DNA of 64,000 bases from Mobula birostris (lineage: Eukaryota), in NCBI RefSeq assembly GCF_030028105.1, contig NC_092373.1, positions 95,992,062 through 96,056,061 on the forward strand, read 5' to 3'. Every line of letters begins with the position of its first letter. Within the stretch, counting starts at the first letter, position 1. Both the position numbers and the translations under genes were made by a program. Below are positions 26,994 to 40,069 of this stretch, piece by piece. The notes under the pieces were generated by a model, which saw nothing but the letters and a program-made list of their open reading frames with translations, was not told the origin of the DNA and made no database searches.

Positions 26994-28414
26994 ATATCTC
27001 TCATGTGTTTGTTAAGGCTTTTATATTATCAAACGTAGCATTGTGTTTTCTAGATTCCTGTTATTTGGTGTTCATGTCATTTCAATGTAAGGAGAAGTCT
27101 ATAAAATACATTAATCTACATATCCACATAATATCATATGATTCTTGAGAAGAACATTTTTCATTCATGTAAAACAGACGAATTTCATCCATTCAAACTG
27201 TTTAAGCACAGAATCTCTACTGAGCTAACAAACATTGTTGGACATAAGCATTCACGTACACTAAATTCACCTCACTCAGTAAATTCTGAAATTGTATTCC
27301 TAGAAATTAATTACCTTGGTTCCACTTTTCCTTCCTTCAAGTTCCTTAAGGCCAGTTTTTGTACACAAAGCCCCTCATTTACTATACAGTAAAAGCCTAT
27401 CAGGGGATGTCCAGCATATTTTGCAAACAGGTTGACAAAACCTGCCTCTTTACCAATCATGCTGGGTGTACCATCAGTTCCTTTACTACTGCCTTACAGA
27501 TTTCAACCCCTGTTGTGTTCAGCTAACATTACCAAGTTAACCGGTTCTTTGCATATTTCATCACAGTACAAAATAATAGCTAGCCTAGCTGATGATGTAA
27601 CATCAGTGCTCTTCAAGGCAAATAGAAAGAAATTTACTTGGGCTACTATCTAGTTTTTCTCCCATGTTTGTTCCCATCATTAACCTTATCTTTTGCTGTG
27701 AGTGTAATTTGTAATTTCTGCTCACTGACAAATCCTTAATGAGCTGGATGTTGTTTGCTTTTTCTGGAAAGCCATCAAAAGGGAAAGGAGCACACACTCT
27801 GATTCTTTAACATATTCTCCATCACTGCGTCCTTTTCCATGTTGAGCAATAATCTTTGAAATCTCAAAACTAGCAGCAACGAAATTAGAACTATCTGAAA
27901 TAAATGTCATCAAGATATTTGACCATTTATTTCGTTGCTGATTTCTTGAGAAATATGTTTCAGTTTGTTCTCACTTTTATCACAAAGCCTTTTATGAACA
28001 GTTTTATAATGGCACATTACTGAGGGAGTCTGCACACTTGGAACATAAAATGTGTAATATGTTATCACCATTTTAATCACGCTAAATCTTTCACTCCACT
28101 GCTCTTGAAAACCTTTGCTGCTTCTCCCATCATTTCAACATTTTTGACTTTTTGCTGGCGTATCTGACTTTCTGAACAAGCTGAAAAGGGTAAACACAAT
28201 TTAAAAACGTCTCGCCAATAAACTTAAATAAGTTTTTTTAATATTCAAATATGTTTATCATGAGAAAAATATTCAGAGCAGCTAAACTACATACAATATT
28301 TACTGTTATTGTAACTGAATATTTAGTGTTCATTTACAAATTACAGAAGGAAAATTATAAGAACGACGCTAATACCAACTATCTCAACCACTTACTATTC
28401 AAATACTGATGTAT

Positions 28415-28963
28415 ATTGTGGGCAGTTTTGGTCTCCTTATTTAAGAAAGGATGTGCTGACGTTGGAGAGGGTACAGAGAAGATTCACTAGAATGATTCCC
28501 GGAATGAGAGGGTTAACATATGAGGAACGTTTGTCTGCTCTTGGACTGTATTCCTTGGAGTTTAGAAGAATGAGGGGAGACCTCATAGAAACATTTCAAA
28601 TGTTAAAAGGCATGGACAGAGTGGATGTGGCAAAGTTGTTTCTCATGATGGGGGAGTCTAATACGCGAGGGCATGACTTAAAGATTGAAGGCGCCCTTTC
28701 AGAACAGAAATGCGAAGAAATTTTTTTAGTCAGAGGGTGGTGAATCTATGGAATTTGCTGCCATGGGCAGCAGTGGAGGCCAAGTCATTGGGTGTATTTA
28801 AGGCAGAGATTGATAGGTATCTGAGTAGCCAGGGCATCAAAGGTTATGGTGAGAAGGCAGGGGAGTGGGACTAAATAGGAGAAAATGGATCAGCTCATGA
28901 TAAAATGGCGGAGCAGACTCGATGGGCCGAATGGCCTACTTCTGCTCCTTTGTCTTATGGTCT
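28415..28963 (+). mobile_element. CR1/HER1 LINE 3' fragment
   Basis: ORF 28453..28743 LERVQRRFTRMIPGMRGLTYEERL; canonical tail. Confidence 0.9.
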
Positions 28964-29488
28964 ATATACCAGGTCTGCGAGGGTTTTAGAACATGCTATC
29001 CAACTCCATGTGTACTTGCAGTTGTCTAGCTGGCACCATCATCTCACTGCTCTTGGGTAGTGAAAAATCATTCACTGCTTCATTTGGCAGTAAAGATGAT
29101 CACTATATATGTTTTTATTATGGATATCCACTTCCGTTTACAGAATTGCTGCTAACTAAGTATTATGGATTCTATTCTGAATAATTGTAAATGTGAGTTG
29201 TTCATACAGAGTCCTTCAATTACTTTGATACAAAATATCCTGGATTTTGGATCAGTTTTGTTTCATTTATCACATATGCTTTGCTCTCCTTTGGTGTACT
29301 TAATTGTTGAATTTGGTTTGTCGTGTGTAACTTGCCATTGTCCTGCAGACCTTCAAATCCATGAGAATCTGTTGCATAATCTAACAAGGATTTGCATATT
29401 CATGAGGTATTTGTTTTTAGTGTAGCATTTTTGTCAATCTAGGTTGCTACCTCACAAAAGTGCATCACATTCCTCTTTTTCTTTTTAG

Positions 29489-29603
29489 CTGAAATTGGCG
29501 ATTGTGATGAAGCTGTGGATTTGGATTACCTTAAGAACCACACGCTCCTGCCAAACCAGCAAATGCTTCAGGAAAAGATTATGGCCTTTCATCGACAAAA
29601 CAT
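29489..29603 (+). CDS. FARP2: FARP2 coding exon (SEIGDCDEAVDLDYLKNHTLLPNQQMLQEKIMAFHRQN)
   Basis: ctttttctttttag acceptor, AT|gtgagt donor, 115 nt phase 1-2; SEIGD...KIxxFH motif. Confidence 0.94.
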
Positions 29604-29713
29604 GTGAGTGTACTTTGTTGACCTGAGTTATGAAGAGAAATTCTTTTCATATCTTTCCATCCCACCCCCACCCTCACAGCAATTTAGAACCAACTTATTT
29701 TCTTATTTTCCTC

Positions 29714-29748
29714 ATCCTGATGAAGGACAGTGTACCTGAAATGTTGAC
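29714..29748 (+). ncRNA. Diverged hammerhead-like motif
   Basis: CTGATGA AGG-acagtgta-CCT GAAA TGTT GAC; helix III damaged. Confidence 0.45.
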
Positions 29749-29899
29749 TGAATTGATATGCCTTTCTCCCCACAAACAGTGCCTCTGCTGTTTGGTTTTA
29801 TTTTCTATTTCGAGCAACTGCAGATTTTTGATATTTTTATGTGTTTATGAGATGGTGATTTTTAAGAATCTGGCTATGTTAGGTAGTAAAGAATGGAAA

Positions 29900-30075
29900 T
29901 AACTCTGAAAATGTGTGGCTTGGGTGGTTCATGGTTGGGTTGAGTTGTCCTCCAAGCTTGGCAATCTATATGCAAATGTTTTCTCACCATATGAGGAGAC
30001 ATCGTCAGTACGCTGTTAATTTGTGTAATGTTCTCCAAGTGCTTGGTCAACCTCAAGCCATTCTCAAACTCGTCA
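29900..30075 (-). mobile_element. Short fragment of a second Penelope-like family with a degenerate hammerhead (29971-30012)
   Basis: Reverse strand CTGACGA TGTCTCC-tcatat-GGTGAG AAAAC ATT TGC; weak inverted flanks. Confidence 0.45.
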
Positions 30076-32284
30076 AACTGGCTCGGCGTTCAGAACGTTC
30101 CAACCTTGCATCTGGGTTAGGTGGATGGGCAGTGATAGTCCTCCGCATCGACTCCTCTCCAAATCGCTCTCTCCATCTCTGGCAATGATACCACCAACGC
30201 TGTCTGCAACCCTGGCTTGAACATGTGGTAGCTCATAATGCCCAGCATGGCTCATCTCCTGAACCAGCCTCACCTCTGCATGCCTCATGATGCCCCAGCA
30301 TGATTCATTCCCCCAAACCAGCCTCGCCTCTGACTATCTCACAATATTTAATTCCGGATTTTGCTCCGGTGGCAGCACGTTACAGTAGCTCTGTGTGTTT
30401 GTTTGTCCTGACATTATTTAGTGCATTTCTTTTGTTTGTTTTTGTACTGGCTAGCAACACTGCGATGTAACAATGGACATCACTCTGTTTAAGAGCATTT
30501 TCATGATCCTTCTGGCTGTCGGATACTTTATTCCATCGAGTGCTGTGACTGCAGTAGTGGAGGCAATACTGTATAGACGAGGGAGCAGCTAATAGCAGCC
30601 TGCAAGCAGCCTTTGTTTGACCAACAGAAGTGCGATATTCCTAACGAACTGAGATGGAGATACTGAGGCAGCAGATTGTGTAAAAAGCGGCACAACAAGA
30701 GACGGAGATATGAACCATATCTCCTATCTATCATTGTGAGGAATGCAAGATCGCTGGCAAAAAAAATGGAGGAACTAGCAGTACTCATGAGGACACAGAA
30801 CGAGTACCGGGAATGCAGGGTTATGTGTTTCACTGAGACATGGCTACACGAAAAAATCCCAGATTCCAACGCTACTGTGAATGGGTTTACAACGATACGA
30901 GCAGGCAGAGTTAAGTTATAGTGCAGTAGGAGGAAGGGAGGTGGGCTTGCTGTGCTTGTGAACAATAGATGGTGTAATTCCAGTCACATTTCTGTGAAAG
31001 AACAAATCTGCGGTACGACGTTGGACTGCTTACTGTGAGTTTGTGTCCTTATTATCTACCGCGTGACTCAGATGCTCCATATTGCTTGTTGTCCGCATTC
31101 CACTTTCCCAACGCAGTCCCGATACTGTGTGTGACTTCACGCACACTACTATCGCGAGACTCCAGACTCAACACCCCAATGAGTTCACTGCAATATCGGG
31201 AAACTTTAACCTTCTTTCTCTCTCGAAAACCCTACCCTCCTTCAGTCAGTTTGACAAGTGTCGTACAAGAGAAAGTAAAACACTGGATCTCATGTAAGCA
31301 AAATGCTGAAGATGCATACAACTCCACAGCTCTCCCCCCACTTGGAAGATCAGGTCACAACCTGATTCACCTCACGCCCTTGTATGAGCCCAAAGTACAG
31401 CAACAGCTAGCTACCACCAAGATAGTAAAGAAATGTTCTCCAGAGGCCATTGAGGCTTTGAAGGGTTGCTTTGAGGTTACTGACTGGAATGTGCTTTGTG
31501 AACCATATGGGGAGGACATTAACAGACTTATCGATTGCATCACTGGCTACATCAAATCCTGTGTGGACATTGTAATACCATCAAGGACTGTTTGCTGCTT
31601 CTCTAGCAGCAAACCATGGGTCACCAGTGATCTGAAGGCTCTTCTCAAACACAAAAAGAGAGCTTTTAGATCTGGAGACAGAGGAATTGACACGTGCAGA
31701 GGGAGCTAAAGGAGAAGATCAAAGTGGCTAAAGAGGAATACAGGAGAGAGCTGGAGGACAAGCTTGGGCAGAGTAACACACGGGAGTTGTGGAGAGCGTG
31801 AAGAACATCTCTGGCTTCAATCAGCCTAGCTGTAGGGCCTCAGGAAACAGCCATGAACGGGCTAATGAGTAAACCAATTCTTCAGTAGGTTTGACAGTTG
31901 CCCTCAGCACACAGTCCAGGTGCTGAGGCACCCAATGTTCCCTCAACACCAATGCCTTCCTCCTTCCTCTTCCCTCCTCCCCCGTCCTATTCAACATGTG
32001 GGTGAACAACACAGGGTACCACTGTCTACATTCCTTCCTTGCTCTGAACCTACCATCAACACCTTCTCATACCAACTGCTATCATCTCGATCTTCACCTC
32101 CTCCAGCACCCATCTTCCACCAACTTCCCAGTCATCATGGACTCACCTTCACTACTGAGCAAGTGAGAAGGGCCCTGGGGAAACTCAAGACACAGCAAAG
32201 CAATGGGATCAGATGGTGTCAACCCCAATGTTCTGAAAGAGTGCACTGAGCAGCTGTGTGGAGTTCTCCAGCACGTTTTCAATC

Positions 32285-33096
32285 TGAGTACAGGGCTACC
32301 GTAGGAAACTTTGTCACATGGTGTGAGCAGAATTATCTGCAGCTTAATGTGAAAAAGACTAAGGAGCTGGTGCTGGACCTGAGGAGAGCTAAGGTACCGG
32401 TGACCCCTGTTTCCATCCAGGGGGTCAGTGTGGACATGGTGGAGGATTACAAGTACCTGGGGATACGAATTGACGATAAACTGGACTGGTCAAAGAACAC
32501 TGAGGCTGTCTACAAGAAGGGTCAGAGCCGTCTCTATTTCCGGAGGAGACTGAGGTCCTTTAACAACTGCCGGATGATGCTGAGGATGTTCTACGAGTCC
32601 GTGGTGGCCAGTGCTATCATGTTTGCTGTTGTGTGCTGGGGCAGCAGGCTGAGGGTAGCAGATACCAACAGAATCAACAAACTCATTTGTAAGGCCAGTG
32701 ATGTTGTGGGGATGGAACTGGACTCTCTCACGGTGGTGTCTGAAAAGAGGATGCTGTCTAAATTGCATGCCATCTTGGTCAACGTCTCCCATCCACTACG
32801 TAATGTACTGGGTAGGCACAGGAGTACATTCAGCCAGAGACTCATTCCACCGAGATGCAGCACAGAGTGTCATAGGAAGTCATTCCTGCCTGTGGCCATC
32901 AAACTTTACAACTCCTCCCTTGGAGGGTCAGACACCCTGAGCCAATAGGCTGGTCCTGGACTTATTTCATAATTTACTGGCATAATTTACATATTACTAT
33001 TTAACTATTTATGGTTCTATTACTGTTTATTATTTATGGTGCAACTGTAACGAAAACCAGTTTCCCCCGGGATCAATAGAGTATGACTATGACTAT
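32285..33096 (+). mobile_element. Nested younger 5'-truncated Rex1/Babar LINE
   Basis: Open ORF 32256..32948 (LQLNVKKTKELVLD, YKYLG, KKGQSRLYF); tail gtatgactatgactatg. Confidence 0.85.
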
Positions 33097-33148
33097 GTAA
33101 AGGGTCCCGACTCCGTGGAAAACATCATGTGTGTGGTCCCAGTACCCG

Positions 33149-33818
33149 CTCTCCGCTGAACATTGACGGCTCCTCTGTTGAGATCGCTAAGAGCACCAAA
33201 TTTCTTGGTGTTTACCTGACGGAGAATCTCACCTGGTCCCTCAACACCAGCTCCATAGCCAAGAAAGCACGGCAGCGTCTCTAGTTTCTGCGAAGGTTGA
33301 GAAAAGTCCATCTTCCACCTCCCCCCTCCCCATCCTCACCACATTCTACAGAGGTTGTACTGAGAGCATCCTGAGCAGCTGCTTCACTGCCTGGTTTGGA
33401 AATTGCACTGTCTCAAATCGCAAGACCCTGCAGTGGATAGTGAGGTCAGCTGAGAAGATCATCGGGGTCTCTCTTCCCGCCATTACAGACATTTACACTA
33501 TACACGCCATCAGACTCCTTAATACCCCGCCACTAGACTGACATCTGCATCATTAATTATATTGTAATTTGCCCTCTACTGTGCCTATTGTCTTGTTTAT
33601 TATTTATTGTACTGCCCTGCACTGTTTTGTGCACTTTATGTAGTCCTGTGTAGGTCTGTAGTCTAGTGTAGCCTTGTGTTGTCTCACTTAGTCTAGTGTA
33701 GTTTTGTGTTGTTTCATGTAGCATCATGGTCCTTCAGGAGCATTGTTTCAGTTTTACTGTGTACTGTACCAGCAGTTTATGGTCGAAATGACAATAAAAA
33801 GCGACCTGACTTGACCTG
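33149..33818 (+). mobile_element. Second nested 5'-truncated Rex1/Babar-type LINE
   Basis: KFLGVYLTENLTWS..T...AKKA.QRL remnant; tail aataaaaagcgacctgacttgacctg. Confidence 0.78.
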
Positions 33819-36599
33819 AAAGAATGGCCGACCCAAAAGTCTTGAATGACTACCGTCCAATGGCCCTGACCTCACACATCATGAAGACCCTAAAGAGGTT
33901 GGTCTTGGCTCACCTTTGACCCCTAGTCAGATCAGGCCTTGATCCCCTGCAGGTTGCCGACCAGGAACGTATTGAAGTTGATGATGTTGTCATCTACCTG
34001 CTGAACAAAGCCTACTCCCATTTGGATAAGCAGGCCAGCACGGTGAGGATCATATTTTTTTGATTTCTCAAGTGCCTTCGATACCTTGCAGCCCTCATTT
34101 CTGGGGGGAAGAATATTCAATGTAGGTTTGCACTTCCATTGTATCCTAGATAATGGACTACCTGATTGACAGACCATAGTTTGCGCGACTTCAGAGCTGT
34201 GTGTCAGGTATGGCTATAAGCAGCACTGGGGTCCCATAGGGGACTGTACTGGCTCCCTTCCTGTTTACCCTGCATACCTTGGACTTCATATACAAGACTG
34301 ATTCTCTGATGACACAGCAATAGTTGGGTGTATGAAGGGAGGGCAGGAGGATGAGTACAGGGCCCTAGTGGAGGACTTTGTCGAATGGTGCAAGCTGAAT
34401 CATCTGCAGCTCAACATCAGTAAGACAAAGGAGATGGTGATGTACTTCAGGCAGACCAAGCCTGCACTGCTTCCTGTTACTATTGATGGTGAGGACATGG
34501 ATGTGTGAGGACCTACAAATACCTGGGGATGCACCTGGACGACAGACTTGATTGGAGCACCAACACAGAAGCTATGTATAAGAAGGGCCAGAGTTGTCTC
34601 TACTTCCTAAGGAGACTGAGGTTCCTTGGAGTATGCAGGGCTCTCTTTCACTTGTTCTACCAGTCTGTTTGTTGCCAGTACTGTGGTGCACTGGGGCAAT
34701 GGCATCAACATGGATGCCAGCAGGCTCAATAAACCAATTAGAAAGGCTGGCTCTGTTGTAGGAGTCAAACTGGACACATTGGAGGCTGAGGTAGGACAAA
34801 GGACCCTACGGAAAATCCTGGCAATTCTGGACAATGTTTCTTACCCTCTGCGTGCCACCTTGGCTGAACAGAGGAGCACTTTCAGTAATAGACTATGATA
34901 ACTGCACTGCTCTAAAGAGCACTATACGAGGTCTTTCTTGCCCTTGGCCATTAGATTCTGTAATGAGTCAACCTATAGCTGGGGAAGTGATGACCTCCTC
35001 CTGGTAGACTGTTATTAACCTCTGTTTACCACACACTGCTATTGTGGACATCCTGTGCAATACCATCACTTATTATCTGGATGATGTGAACCCATTGCTA
35101 TATAATATGGTAATTCTTGCACTATCATCTTATCAGTGTGAATGTGTAAATCTTGTAATTTTGCAATTTCTGATGTGTAAATCTTGTACATCTTAAGGTA
35201 AATTATTTTATTTTTTTTTCTAATATTTGTATATCTGTGCACTTGTAATGCTATAGTAATCTCCCTTGGAGTCAATAAAGTATCTATCTCGTTATTATAG
35301 GGTGATCTCTGATATGTCTGCATTGCGTGGCTCAGCTGTGATAGTATCTTAATTTCTGCTGTATAATCCACCAATTACTTGGGACTGTCTATTTAGAAAC
35401 AGGTGATATAATACAAAGAGTTCTTCTGATATTTCTGTGAACCATGGTGTGTTAGATAATGTGCATGACATCACGTATCTCCTATTAGTATTGAATTACT
35501 CCATGAAAATTTTTGCAAATGAAAAGCCTTCAGTGTGGATCTAGAGGGTTAGGGTAGTTTTATTTCCTAATATCTATACACATTCAGGGAAAGAAGCATT
35601 AAATTGAAACCAATTTCATACTAAGTCATAGGGGATGTACTTCGCAAGCTCCAGGCTAACCTTTGTAATGAAATGGCAGTTGCAAACTAAACACTGTTGT
35701 AGTTTGTTTCATTTTTGAAATTCTTTCTATGACTCAAACTCTGGGTATTCACTTTTCTGAAAATTAAACTGAAGTCTAAATATTTAAAAAAGCGGAGCAA
35801 GGATTTCAGATGGTTCATTGAACTGGTGAATGGTGGGCCTAGGATTCACCATTTATGACTAGTTGGGCACTGAAATCACAAGTGCAGCTCCAAAATTTAC
35901 AACAGATGCCATATTGGCAGGGCATAATTAGCACAAAGACCAAATGCAGAAAGGCAATAATATTCTAGTAATTAAATTGGCAAATTAACTTCTCTAATAA
36001 AAATGTTTAATTGAGTAGAGGAAGAAGAATTTGGTTTATAGACAGGTAGATCATCTAAAAGTAGCAGTGTGTGTTAATAAGGCCAAAAAACTGTAGACTT
36101 TATTTTTGGAGGGACTGAAGTGGAAGAACCATTCATATTTGCAATCTGCCACACTTGAAATATTGTGAAAAGTTATGTTCTCCATGTTCTCCATGTTATG
36201 GAAACGATGAGAGATACTTGAGAAAATATTTACCAGGATTCAACAACTGAAATGTTATTCTTATGAGGAAAGATGGAATAAACCAGGATCATTTCTCTAG
36301 GAAAAGGAAGACCTGAGAGCAAAGCTTGGATTATGAAGTTATAAATGTTAACTATTTCTACTCATGAATCTAGCTGACATAAGGAGTTGTAATACTGAAT
36401 TTGCACGAAGCTGCTTGGTGCTGCTGAGGTAAGTAGCATAATTTAAGAAGAAGCTAGACAAACACAAAGGAGTGAGCTCAAAATTAAAAAAAAAATATGA
36501 GTAGGGCCTGTTAGGACTTTCAGTGGGCTTGGGATCATTTGGTTTATTAGGCAATTGATAAGGACCAATAAAAAAGAATTTTGTTTTAAATGGAGTGTC

Positions 36600-37350
36600 C
36601 AGTGTTTGACTGGATAAGGTTAGAGTGGGTCCTCTTGTAGGATGTGGACAGATGGAGATACCTGTATTGTCCTTGATGACTACACTTGCAAGAAGTGTAT
36701 CCAGCTGAAGGTTGATTAACCTGAGATATGGGGAGGTAGTTACATCTGAGGTGCAGGACAAAAGTAACTGGGTGACTTTCAGGAGCGGGAAAGGCGATAG
36801 TTGCAAGTGTGTGTAGCTGTTCCCTCAATAACAAGTATATAGTTTTCAGTACTTTGGAGGGGAGTGACCTAGCAGAAGAAAAGCACAGCAGTGAGGTCCC
36901 TGGCTCTATGCTTCGGAAGGGAAGGGAGGAGAGTGGAGAAGAAGCAGTCAGTATTGATAGGGGATTCATTGGTTTGGGACAGGAGGTTTTTTGTGCAAGA
37001 GAATGAGATTACTGTATGGTATGTTGCCTCCCCAGTGTGAGGATCAAGGTAATCTCAGATAGAGTCCGTACCATTCTTAAAATGGTAGGGTGAACAGCCA
37101 GAGGTTGTTGTTCATGGTGGCACTAGTGGCACAGGCAGAAAAGGTGAAGAGGCCCTGCAGAGTGAGTTCAGGGAGTTAGGAGTTAAAAGATAAGACCTCC
37201 AGGGTGGTGATCTCACTGTTGCTACATAGTAATGAAGCTAGAAATGGGAAGATAGTACAGTTTAACATGTGGCTGACCGATGTTGCTGGAGGGAGGGCTT
37301 CAGCTTTTTGGGTGATTGGACTCTCTTCCATGGAAGGTGGGACTTGTGTT
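36600..37350 (+). mobile_element. Degenerate CR1 ORF1 (zinc finger/esterase) fragment
   Basis: CRMW...DYTCKKCIQL and IGDS...VCCLP remnants. Confidence 0.65.
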
Positions 37351-37953
37351 GATGAATTTTCTAAAATGTGATGTGTGGATTACAGTGCCCTCAAGTGTTA
37401 CAAAGACAGGATGCTGCCTTAGAACAGCAAAATTGAAGGTCACAGATGGACGTCCCAGTAGGTTGTTTGAGTTATTTCCTGCTTATTGATGCTGGTCTTT
37501 GGATCACATCGTATACTATAATGATAGACAATATGGAGCTTGAAATCCCTCTGCTGCCAAAACATTTGTCATTGTAGCAGTGAAGTGTGAATAGTATGTC
37601 TTTGTGACTGGGTGCAAAGTTGAATTACAGGAGTCTTCTAATTTGGTATGTCGATCAGAAATCAAGAACGTGGCAGGTAAAACAAAACAAAATCTTTATC
37701 ACACATCAATCTGATTTGAAGGATGAAAACTAGTGATTTGTCTTGACATTGAGACCTGCCTTCTCTATATCCCTGGTTCAAGTTTCAGAGTAGCTGAACT
37801 CATGGTAAGTAACAAGGAATGGTTGAGTGTTTAGGGCTTTCCAAAGGCATTGTCAAAGTGACTGATAATTGTATTACTCAGTTAATATTGTAGTTTAAAG
37901 CTGCCTTGGAGGTTGAACCTATATTTACTGTGCTACAAAGTCCTGAGTAGTTA

Positions 37954-38114
37954 CACACATAAAAGTTGCTGGTGAACGCAGCAGGCCTGACGAAGGGTCT
38001 CGGCCCGAAACGTCGACTGTACCTCTTCCTAGAGATGCTGCCTGGCCTGTAATGTTCACCAGCAACTTTTATGTGTGTTGCTTGAAATTCCAGCATCTGC
38101 AGATTTCCTCGTGT
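37954..38114 (+). mobile_element. 161-bp Penelope-derived hammerhead repeat with inverted arms and 13-bp TSD (1 mismatch)
   Basis: tcctgagtagtta (37941-37953) / tcctgaatagtta (38115-38127); left arm is an inverted copy of the right arm. Confidence 0.82.
37983..38018 (+). ncRNA. Minimal type I hammerhead ribozyme, intact core; predicted cleavage after C38014
   Basis: AGGC CTGACGA A GGGT-CTCG-GCCC GAAAC GTC GACT; one mismatch in helix I. Confidence 0.75.
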
Positions 38115-38339
38115 TCCTGAATAGTTAATTGTTTTCGATTCGAGTTTATTTATTATGCACAAAGCTGCTCATGTCTAAATCGCTTGGTTAGTAGAGTCTG
38201 GATTACTAACCATAGCCCTCGTATCTGCATAGTTGATGCACTGAATTTTCCTATTTTCAGATGAAGAGGTGTGTGGTGTAGAGTGTGCTTACTGGCTGCG
38301 TTACGGCCTGGTAAGAGAACACTGAGTGGAAAGTCCAAC

Positions 38340-38745
38340 AAAAGGTAGTGGATTCAGCCTAGTACCCTCCCAACCATTGAACACATCTACATGAAATGGT
38401 GCTGTAGGAAAGCAGCATCTATCATCCAAAGATCTCACTACCCGGGCCATGCTCTTTTCTCGCTGCTGCCATCAGATAGAAGGTACAGAAGTCTCAGAAC
38501 TTGTACCACCAGGTTCAAGAACAGTTACTACCCTTTAACCATCACGCTCTTGAACAAAAGGGGATAACTACATGCATTTAAGGACTCTTATCTTGTTACT
38601 TCATGCTCATTTTTTTGCTATTTATTTATTATCTGCATTTGCAGAATTTGTTTACTGTTTGCAGTCACTGTTCTAGAGATGTGCAAAGTATGCCTGCAGA
38701 AAAAGAATCTCAGGGTTGTGTGTAGTGGTGTTTGTACTTTGAGTT
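38340..38745 (+). mobile_element. Rex1/Babar-type LINE 3' fragment
   Basis: RKAASII...HPGHALFSLLPSDRRYRSL.T.TTRFKNSYYP remnant. Confidence 0.7.
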
Positions 38746-38798
38746 TTGAAGACTTGTGGCACAAGTCTATACTGTCTCCTATCTGGTTTGTGTTCCAG

Positions 38799-38946
38799 AG
38801 GTCAGACTCCGAATGAGTCAGATTTCCAGGTTTTGGAGATAGCTCGGAAGCTCGAGATGTATGGAATTCGGTTTCATCCAGCCACTGACAAAGAAGGGAC
38901 GAAAATCAATCTGGCTGTGGCCCACATGGGGGTGCTGGTATTTCAG
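38799..38946 (+). CDS. FARP2: FARP2 coding exon ([49 protein letters not shown])
   Basis: tgttccag acceptor, CAG|gtagac donor, 148 nt phase 2-0; [21 protein letters not shown] fits FARP2 better than FARP1 or FRMD7. Confidence 0.96.
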
Positions 38947-39229
38947 GTAGACATGAACTTGAAACTAAGAAAATTCAGTATACTGATCCTTGTAATTCAT
39001 GCAGTTAGACATCAAAGTATAGGCTCAGGTAACTATTATTTATGTGTTGCAGAAATCTGTGTCAGATTACTGGATGCACCTTTGTAAAGTAATCCATTAT
39101 GCTTTCTCTAAAATTAATGGTATCCAGTTCTTGTTTTAATATTTTCTTTAATTCTCTCCTCTTTCCTGTGACACTCCAAACTTTTATTTAATGCTGATCA
39201 TTGGCACACTGCTATTAGAAATACTTCTG

Positions 39230-39540
39230 TGGTGGCATAGCTAGTAGAGTCATTGCCTAGTAGAGTTTGCACCGGCAGCAAACGTTCAAATCCTGATCCC
39301 TGAAGCTATCCAGAAGTCTGTATATTCTCTGGGTACCCCAGTTTCCAACTACATCCAAAAAAATTGCAGGTTGGTTAGCTACTGCCATTAATATGTAGGT
39401 TGAGTCTGGCAGGGAGCTGTTGGGAATGTGAGGAGAATGAAACTAGTTAAAGAGGATCAGTATAAAAATGGGTACTTGATGCTGTTGACTTGTTAGGCTG
39501 AAGTCTGTTTCCATGTTGTGTAACTCTGTATCTATGACTT
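39230..39540 (+). mobile_element. Degenerate HE1-like SINE
   Basis: A-box/B-box-like head (gtggcatagctag...gttcaaatcctga) and CR1-like tail. Confidence 0.5.
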
Positions 39541-39973
39541 CTCTCTTTAAATTACATGATCTTCCATTTTCATGAATACATTAACAAACACATCCAATAA
39601 TTTAATGTTACCTGGTTAACTCCTATTTTGTAGAGGTGGGGTATCACACAGAACCAGAGGTCCCAGGAGAGGGAGGAGCTGGAGGTGGGAAAGGATTGTC
39701 TATAGTCGGCCACATGCTAATGTGGTATTCAAGGTGCAACTCTCCTACGCAAGTCTATCTAGAATGCAGCAAGCTGCCTTGAAGGGTAGTTTTAGCAGAT
39801 TTTGCCAGTGGCTTGATACTCAGTGTGTGCCGTTAGTTAATGCTTTTTCATTGCCTGCTTCTGGAAGCTGCGCAATTAAATCCACTTATAGGTTTATTGA
39901 TTTAAGGGTTTAAGTTCATTTCATTGTTAATTTGCCTTTTTACTCTTTCCCTGCACTCTTCTCTCATCTCCAG

Positions 39974-40069
39974 GGTAATACAAAAATAAACACCTTTAAT
40001 TGGGCGAAGATCCGAAAGCTTAGTTTCAAGAGGAAAAGATTCCTCATCAAGCTCCACCCAGAGGTCCAA
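39974..40069 (+). CDS. FARP2: FARP2 coding exon ([32 protein letters not shown])
   Basis: ctctcatctccag acceptor, CAA|gtacgg donor, 96 nt phase 0-0; FERM C-lobe. Confidence 0.96.

Larger units (their letters stand above)
30370..35290 (+). mobile_element. Near full-length, degenerate Rex1/Babar LINE interrupted by two nested insertions
   Basis: APE endonuclease (NARSL..KMEEL, MCFTETWL), linker, RVPTxWKTSCVVPVP at 33100-33148 resuming as KNGRPK..LNDYRP at 33820, RT core (FFDFSSAF, SDDTAIVG), tail caataaagtatctatct. Confidence 0.85.
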
